A DNA stretch of 64,000 nt from Eledone cirrhosa (taxonomy: Eukaryota): the NCBI GenBank assembly GCA_964016885.1, contig OZ024750.1, positions 24,490,001 to 24,554,000 of the forward strand, read 5' to 3'. This document shows, piece by piece, positions 55,379 to 64,000 of the stretch (positions within the stretch are counted from its first letter, which is position 1; the number at the start of each line of letters is the position of its first letter). Both the position numbers and the translations under genes were made by a program. The notes under the pieces were generated by a model. That model had not been told where the DNA came from and ran no database searches. It saw nothing but the letters and a program-made list of their open reading frames with translations.

Positions 55379-55419
55379 GCCCTGATGAGTCCTTATTAAT
55401 GGGACGAAACATTGTCGGC
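55379..55419 (+). ncRNA. Minimal type-I hammerhead ribozyme (Penelope-like)
   Basis: gcc CTGATGA gtcct-tattaat-gggac GAAAC att GTC ggc, then aataaa. Confidence 0.8.
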
Positions 55420-55462
55420 TAATAAAGACTTTTGATGTATTGAGGGCTTCTTTGTTTATTTT

Positions 55463-55535
<73 letters not shown>

Positions 55536-55617
55536 CTATATATATATATATATATATACATATATCTATAAATATATATATATATATATATATAGATATA
55601 TATATATATATATAAAT

Positions 55618-55650
<33 letters not shown>

Positions 55651-55653
55651 AAT

Positions 55654-55686
<33 letters not shown>

Positions 55687-55689
55687 AAT

Positions 55690-55808
<119 letters not shown>

Positions 55809-55816
55809 TCTATATA

Positions 55817-55856
<40 letters not shown>

Positions 55857-55977
55857 TATCTATATATATCTCTCTCTCTATATATATATATCTATATATA
55901 TATATATATACATATATCTATATATCTATATCTATATATATATTTATATACATACATATCTCTCTCTCTCTCTTTCC

Positions 55978-56054
<77 letters not shown>

Positions 56055-56061
<7 letters not shown>

Positions 56062-56580
56062 GGTGCTCTGAAATAGCGATGAATACATGAATGTATGTAT
56101 AATATATTTGGCAATATACCGTATGTTTAATTAAAAACTTTTAGAAGACCATACGCTATCAGTTTTAAAGTAGTGACTATGTCATTTAATTCTTTTCGGC
56201 GAAAGAAGGGAGAGAAGCTGACAGTCTGTTTCACGCTGGTTGGCGTCCATCAGAGTCGTCTAAATGTTTTTAATTAAACATACGGTATATTGCCAAATGT
56301 ACTATACACACATTCATGTATACATCGCTATTTCAGAGCACCAATCCTTATACCCAATTTTTGCTGGATCGGCAATCGCTCTGTATAATCAGCTCCTGAT
56401 TATTACTGGAATTCTATAAAAATCCAGCTTCTATAATTTTCGGCCAACCAGCGTGAAACAGACTGTCAGCTTCTCTCCCTTCTTTCGCCGAAAAGAAGTA
56501 AGTGACATAGTCACTACTTTAAAACTGATAGCGTATGGTCTTCTAAATGTTTTTAATTAAACATAGGGTATATTGCAAAA
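56055..56580. mobile_element. Penelope-like terminal repeat, inverted and rearranged (family also at 23020-23290 and 30298-30690)
   Basis: Shared ttggtgctctgaaatagcgat...gtagtgactatgtca...agctgacag blocks in both orientations next to (TA)n; contains a hammerhead-like motif. Confidence 0.65.
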
Positions 56581-57032
56581 AAAAAAAACACTACCCGAAA
56601 AGGAGAACTGGTTAACATCATCGGATGCTTCCGAAGCCGCAGGTTTTTTTTCAGAGTTTCCCTCTCTTAGAAAGGTGTTGTGACAACAACTGAGGGCCTT
56701 TCACTCCCAGGAGAAAAAAAAAGAAAGTAGTATTTGGATGGTCGTTGACTGTGCTGAGTTCCTCCGCCCTTTGCCAAGCTTTGTATTTCATCCCGCAGGG
56801 TGTCCAAGTATCACCTTCCTCACCAAGCAAGCTTGGTGGGGTTGCTGGTTTAGTCGCCGACGACCCGACCATGAGACAGGTTGTACTGGGTTACATGTTA
56901 CCAGTAGCACTCGAGAGCGACCTGATATACATATATACATATATACATTCACACATATATGTATAATTGCCAGCAAACGTACACACGTACAAGAAGGAAA
57001 CAAAATAGTAAAGGAAAAGTTATTAGATATAC

Positions 57033-57480
57033 CTGTCAAATGAAAAGGTCTTAGACCGACGTATACCGTACCATTCGTTGGAAACGTATCTTGAGGAACA
57101 CAAAATCGATAAAAATTATCAGCGGTAAGGTTCTCTTTGTTAAAAGCTGTGCGGAAATCAAATGTATCATTATTTGGACTTTCATTTAACCGGAAATACG
57201 CCTCATAACCAAGTATGAGTTCCGGTTTTTGGTTAATTATTATACAGCAATAATCAGTGTTGGACCGGTAACGGAATCTATGATAAAACATATAGGATTG
57301 GTCATCCTCCCTAAATTCTGGTTTTCGAAAAGTCATATCATCAATTTGGTATTTAAATTCTATAACGAAAGATCTTTCTGATTTGTCCCCTTCCATACTC
57401 AGAATTAAAGTTGGAGATGTAATCAAAGCTGACCGCATGTTTCTATCATATGTTAAAAATTTTTCCTCTGTTGATAAAGC
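57033..57480 (-). CDS. Polycystin-1-like exon (GAIN region)
   Basis: YEAYFRLNESPNNDTFDF...GTVYVGLRP; ccag acceptor, gtat donor, phases fit. Confidence 0.85.
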
Positions 57481-58236
57481 CTGGTTATAAACAATGTACA
57501 CCATAAGTAACATAGAAGATGGAAAATTCATGTGATTCGAATGATTTAACTAACACAAATAACAAACTAATGATAATAATAAACATAATAATACCACTAA
57601 TAATAATAATAATAATGCTTTCTTTATTAACCACAAGGGTTTACATAAAGTAGACATTAAGGACAGTGCTGGACAATGCAGGACGGTACAAATGGGCATT
57701 TCTGCGTGTAAAAAACAAAAACAGAGGATGTAACAAAAATAACAATGAAAATAACAATGAAAAATTCCCCAATAGGGGGGAGACTTCGGAGGGACATTTG
57801 TGGAGAAAGCCCAGTAAAAAGCCACAATGACCTTGACCACCAAGGCAAGTGCCCTCTCCCAGTTTTCCACCTTTAATTTACTAATAATAATAATAATAAT
57901 GCTTTCTTTATTAACCACAAGGGTTGACACAAAGTATAACATTAAGGACAACACAAGACAATACAAATGGGTATTTCTGCGTGTAAAAAAAACAAAAAAA
58001 AACAGAGTATGTGACAAAAAAAGGAAACAATGAAAAATTCCCCCAATAGGGGGGGGGGGACTTCCGAGGGTCGCTCGTGGAGAAAGCCCACAAGAAAAGC
58101 TACGGTTACCCTGACCGCTAGGGCAAATGCCCTCACCAGTTTTCCTCCTACGATGCTACAGGTACACGCTCACGGTAGGCCCATTCACCCACCTCTCTCA
58201 CCCACCTTTCAACAAACTGGCTAGAAGTCATCACTT

Positions 58237-58300
<64 letters not shown>

Positions 58301-58348
58301 AAGAAGTATAAGTCAACAGGTTACAATTAACTTCGTTTACTCATATTC

Positions 58349-58407
58349 GCTATTATATATATTTCGGTGATAACCATTATTCAAAAGCTATGGCCTCATC
58401 AGACAGC
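58349..58407 (-). ncRNA. Minimal type-I hammerhead ribozyme (Penelope-like)
   Basis: Minus strand: gctgt CTGATGA gg...cc GAAA t-atat-ATA atagc; 5-bp stem I. Confidence 0.7.
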
Positions 58408-58557
58408 TAGAATTTGAACAGAAAAAAACCCCAGAAAAACATAATAATGGAACAAAGTTTACATCCATTATTTCGATCTTTTGATATGCCCTGCCCCAAG
58501 TGCTCTACCCTGCATACTGAAGTGTCGGTAACCAACACATACTCATATGTATGTATG

Positions 58558-58596
<39 letters not shown>

Positions 58597-59673
58597 GGGT
58601 GACTTTGGACATCCTGCAGGACTAAAAACAAAACCTGTCAAAGGGCAAAGGAGCTCTTAAGAGTCAATGGCCATCCAAAATCACCGGGAGCGATGACCCC
58701 TTAGCCTTTGTCAAGGCAGAATTCTAGGTGAAGGAAAACTCTGATATAACACCTACCTACAACCCTGATGGTATCCAATGATGTTGACTTGTTCTTCTTT
58801 TTGGTAAATATCATCTTGGTTAAGAGAGTGGGACTGGCTTTGTGCAGTGCCTTTGCTCACTATAAAAGCTTCACGGCACAGGCATTGCTTTGTATCTGGA
58901 GATCTCTCTGCACTTGTCATCACATGGTACCATGGGCCCAGCACTATGTGTCAATAATTATCACAAGTGTAGTGTTTGTACCAGAGTATACAAGTCGCTG
59001 GCTGGACTAAAAAGTCGCACATGTTCAGCGCATCAGTAGGGGTTCTCCTACATGGTTATAAAGTAGTGGCCGTACTCGAAAACGAGTTGGCAGCCACCAT
59101 GTATGTATGTATGTATGTATGTATGTATGTATGTATGTGTGTGTGTGTGTGTGTGTGTAGATAGATAGATAGATCGATAGAAAGATAGATAGAACAGAGT
59201 CAATGTAATGCAGTGGATATATTTTTGAAAAATAATTGTTTCTACTTTTGGCACAAGGCCAGCAATTTCCCAGTGTATTACTGGTACTTTATTTTATCGA
59301 CCCCGTAAGGATGAAAGGCAAAGTTAACCTCGGCGGGATTTGAACTCAGAATGGCAAGGGCCGTAACTCTATGCGTCAAAGCATGGCGTCCGACCCTCTA
59401 CCGATACTGCCAATTCACCGCCGTACTTTTGAAAAATAATGAAAGAAAATCTGTAAGAAAATTTTGTAATTTGATTTAAATGAATATAAAATGAAATACG
59501 GCAGAGACTACACGCACACGCACACACATACATACCACACCACACACATACACAAGCACGCGCGCACATACACAAACCACACCACACGCATACACAAGCA
59601 CGCACACACACACGGATGTATGTTTGTATGCATATATTCATACATGTATATATATATATATGTATATATATGC

Positions 59674-59745
<72 letters not shown>

Positions 59746-60057
59746 ATATATATGTATATGTATGTGTGTATATATGTATATATATGTATATGTATGTGTG
59801 TATATATGTATATATATGTATATGTATGTGTGTATATATATATGTATATGTATGTGTGTATATATATATATGTATATATATGTATATGTGTATATATATA
59901 TGTATATGTATGTGTGTATATATATATATATATGTATATGTATGTGTGTTTTTGTATGAGAGAGAGTGTGTGTGTGTGTGTGTGTGTGTGTATGTATACA
60001 CATATACATCTATCATGCTTAGATCATTATACATTTTAAAAATATTTAGCACCTTAC

Positions 60058-60288
60058 CTCAATAACATTACTTTCATTATCGAATTGCGATTTACTAGAA
60101 CCATTCTGTTGGAATTTTAAATTTCCACAATTCATTCCGTCATCCTTCATCTTTGAATTCGACATCTTTTCTGAACACACCGAAGTAGACAATTGCGATT
60201 TGCTCAGTCGTCCAGTTGGACACATTGAATTGATGATAGTTTTCAGATAGTAATGAATTTCATTTATAAGCGGGTTATATGCAGAAGC
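60058..60288 (-). CDS. Polycystin-1-like ectodomain exon (absent from ORF track)
   Basis: 77 open codons [16 protein letters not shown]...ESNVIE; ctag acceptor, gtaagg donor, phase 0/0. Confidence 0.75.
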
Positions 60289-60313
60289 CTAGGAAACATA
60301 ATCATTAATATTA

Positions 60314-60822
60314 GTTCAAATCCCGCCGAGGTTAACTTTGCCTTTCATCCTTACGGGGTCGATAAAATAAAGTACCAGTAATACACTGGGGTTAATTGCT
60401 GGCCTAGTGCCTAAAGTAGAAACAATTATTATTATGTAGAGGCGGTGGATTGGCAGTATCGGTAGAGGGTCGGACGCCATACTTTGACGCAAAGGGTTAC
60501 GGCCCTTTATAGTCTGAGTTAAAATCCCGCTGAAGTTAGTTTTGCCTTTCATCCTTAAAATAAAGTACCAGTAATGTACTGGGTAATTGCTGGCCTTGTA
60601 CCAAAAGTAGAAACAATTATATTATAACACAAATGTGGTGGATTGGCAATATCGGTAGAGGGTTGGACTTCATGCTTTCCAGCATAGTTACGTCCCTTTA
60701 CGATCTGAGTTCAAATCCCGCTGAGGTTGACTTTGCCTTTCATCCTTACGGGGTCGATAAAATAAAGTACCAGTAATGTACTGGGTAATTGCTGGTCTTG
60801 TGCCAAAAGTAGAAACAATTAT
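60314..60822 (+). mobile_element. Three tandem SINE copies (first one 5'-truncated)
   Basis: Three successive cores, each ending agtagaaacaatt(att)n. Confidence 0.88.
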
Positions 60823-61146
60823 TACTACTACTACTACTACTACTACTACAGTTCTTCCATTTATAGATTCTGCTTATTTACCTCTCTGAGGTAAATAAAA
60901 ATTCAGCAGATAATGAAATTAAATATTTTTTCCTATCAGGCATTGAAAATAATTGCCATATTTAACGGGTTTCTAAGACATAAACTTTATATGAGGCATC
61001 TCAATTTTAGTTAGCTCTTTCTGGAACATGGGGCATTTTTAAAAAGTTCCCTTTATAACCCATTAAAAATAGCAATAACAAAAAATCAAGAAAAGCAATT
61101 TAAAAGTTATATAAAGTTAAAATAATTCATCATAAATCGATCTTAC

Positions 61147-61388
61147 ATCACCCCGTTTTACATTTATATCCTCATTTGCCTTGGAATATGCTTGCTGAAT
61201 TAGAAAAGTTCTTTCGTTATTACTTAGCATAGCATTTTGTAGTGCCATGGTCGAATACTCGTCATTGACATACGACAAGGAATCATCGTAATCTTTCTTA
61301 ACATTCTTATCGTTCAACCCTTCTTTAGCCAGCACAATCTGTTCTGTATTCAGTATGGACATTATTCGACTTATTAATATTTCTGCAC
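61147..61388 (-). CDS. Polycystin-1-like ectodomain exon (most 5' exon found)
   Basis: tttcag acceptor, gtaaga donor; open frame AEILISRIMSILN...KRGD, in phase with the next exon. Confidence 0.72.
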
Positions 61389-61399
61389 CTGAAAGTGAA

Positions 61400-62415
61400 T
61401 AATAATAATAATGATTTCATTTATTGGTCACAAGGGCCGACATGTAGGGGAATAATAATAATAATGATTTCATTTATTGGTCACAAGGGCCGACATGTAG
61501 GGGAATAATAATAATAATGATTTCATTTATTGGTCACAAGGGCCGACATGTAGGGGAATAATAATAATAATGATTTCATTTATTGGTCACAAGGGCCGAC
61601 ATGTAGGGGAATAATAATAATAATGGTTTCTTTATTGGCCACAAGGGCTAACATGAAGAAAAACATTACAGACGGCACATAACTGTACAGGACGATACAA
61701 AGTGCGTTTTGGTCGTGTAAACAGGTTATAACAAGATAGAAATCGGAATAGAAATTAAAAAAATTCAAACAACAAAAATTCCTCCAAAAGGGTGAAGCCT
61801 CCGAGGGTCACTCGTGGCGAAAACCACACAAAAGACCACGGCCACCCTGACCACCAGGGCAAGCGCCCGCTCTCAGTTTTCCCACACCTCAGTTTACAGG
61901 CGCACACTCAGAGCGGCCCCCTTCACTCGGACCAGACTCGCCACTTTCACCCACCTTTCAGCAAACTTACTAGAAGACAGCACTTGCCTCTCCACCCTGA
62001 TTTTCCTCTTCAAGTGAAACTTGAAAAAGTTAGTCAGTGATTGGCCGGAGAGGAAAGTGTCCTTCTTCAACCCTTTCAACCTTGTCCACCACACAATCTC
62101 TTTCGCCATGGCCACAAGGCAGATGAAAACTGCCTGCCCTTCCTCCTCTTTAAAGGAGGATGGCGGGGCTATCTGCACAATGGACTCAGTCGATAACCGG
62201 ATCCGTCCTATACCCGACAGCAGCTGTTCGACATAGCTCCACAAGTCAGCAATCCTCTCCTCGGGCACTGAACGAGTGCGTGCAGGACGGTTTCATCGCC
62301 CTGCACGCATCTCGGACAGCACCTCCGTGCCTGTAGAGCTTATCCCGAACCGGCAACGCTCCCCGGAAGCACTGCCAGGCAAGGGATTTCTGGAAGTTGT
62401 CCATAGGCCCCGGTC
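61400..62415 (-). mobile_element. L1/Tx1-clade LINE 3' end; related tails at 57600-58238
   Basis: SLAWQCFRGALPVRDKL (zf-RVT-like)...AMAKEIVWWTR; aataaa plus (att)n tail, tandemly repeated. Confidence 0.8.
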
Positions 62416-62448
62416 TGAAAATAAATATATATACACACACATATCTAT

Positions 62449-62532
<84 letters not shown>

Positions 62533-62546
62533 TCACACACACACAC

Positions 62547-62586
<40 letters not shown>

Positions 62587-63030
62587 AGAGTCAGGACACC
62601 GACGGATGAGCGCCAGCCGTCTCGACAGAAGAAATTTTGATTGACAGGTGGAGAACGAGAAGAATCAAGAAGTGGGCAACCATGAGTGGCTAGAAATACC
62701 GGTGACGTGTACAATTCTTGATCACTCATGGAATGACAACAACAGGATCTAAATCAACAAACGAAGAAATTCGATGTTAAAGGACGATAGGAAAATCTGC
62801 TTCGTAGAATCGAGACGTATCCGACGACCGCGCGATTTCAGAGTCAGGTTTGATCACCATATCGATCGTGCCTCGACCTGGTCGCCGGAGAAACAATTGT
62901 AATATGTCCAATAATTCCTTTCGTCGAACACTGATTCTTTTTTTTTTTCTGTGATATCATACTCTGCTCTACGAGGGCATTGAGTGCTCATACGGCCTAC
63001 CGCATACGGACGCTTTAAGCATCCAACACC

Positions 63031-63083
<53 letters not shown>

Positions 63084-63390
63084 TATTGGAGGTGCAAATT
63101 AATTGCGTTCGTAGGCGTTATGCCAAGATGAGCACTCGATGCTCGTGGGGAGCAGAGTATCAATAATAACATATAAGTGAATAAAGAATCAGTGTTGCAT
63201 CATATACATATTTAATTATATATTACATATGTTTCACTGCTGATCAGCTCGAGGAACGATCGATTAATGATTGATCCTGACCCTGGGAGAGAGGGAGATT
63301 AAACATTTAATTGCATCCTATCACATTAACGATTTGAAAAATAAATAAATAACGTACAATAATGTGAAATACAAAATGAGGTTGCCTAAA

Positions 63391-63534
63391 GCTGCGGCCG
63401 CCAAACTTTCGGACCTCACGGACCACTAAATTCATAATTTTAAATCCCACGGACCACTAAATGAATTTTTTTAAAACAGATAAACACATTAACATTTTTC
63501 TGCGGACCACCAACCACTGGTTGGCGACGGCTGG
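63391..63534. mobile_element. hAT-like MITE
   Basis: Imperfect TIRs ctgcggccgccaa / ttggcgacggctg; similar flanks gcctaaag / gccttaaa. Confidence 0.55.
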
Positions 63535-64000
63535 CCTTAAACACAAAGCTGGTCACTTCTCTATTTTGGCTTCATAACTTTGCTAAGGTAAGGCCGAAGA
63601 AGAAAATATGTTGTCGACATAGCCGGGGTGTCTCCGAATTATTGTTCGATACAGTACGGAATAACTTCTGGTGAATTGTGCCAAAAATACGTTGTTCGAT
63701 TCTCAGCAGGAATTATTTAATTTCACAGTAAAATTTTCTTTACCCTATCTTAATATAATAAAGGGGGGAGTGCGGGACTACGTCCTGAATATATATTTTT
63801 TTATCCCCTTAGTAAAATAAGTTAGATTACTTTGAATAAATAATGAATGAATATTACATAAATTTCGTTGCTGTTGATTAAACATAAATATTCTTATATA
63901 TAATAATTGCTTATTTTAAGATTCACTTCTTTTAAAATTTTCAAATGTCAACACTTCCGGTAGGCGCCCATTATATCATAACACTTATTACATTGCTTAT

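Noticed and set aside
63545-63745. Possible further upstream PKD1-like exon
   Set aside because: All three minus-strand frames after the candidate AG hit early stops

Overview
AT-rich eukaryotic genomic DNA, most likely an octopod cephalopod (inferred from the SINE and microsatellite content). Two convergent spliced genes can be rebuilt by hand with GT-AG sites and continuous reading frames. On + is anoctamin-8 (ANO8/TMEM16H): 13 exons from the window start to the stop at 20043. On - is a polycystin-1-like (PKD1/PKD1L/REJ family) gene: 13 exons from 61388 to the stop at 29033, with its 5' part outside the window. Introns are packed with tRNA-SINEs, RTE/CR1/Tx1/Ingi-like LINE relics, piggyBac, hAT and Tc-mariner MITEs, Helitron pieces and tandem repeats. 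The most notable unannotated signals are (1) several minimal hammerhead ribozyme motifs in Penelope-like repeats, two with intact cores; (2) a PKD1-like GPS motif lacking the HL|T autoproteolysis tripeptide; (3) a SINE-derived higher-order minisatellite; (4) perfect intronic hairpins. No prokaryotic-type system or CRISPR array is supported. All family names come from manual motif recognition, not database searches.
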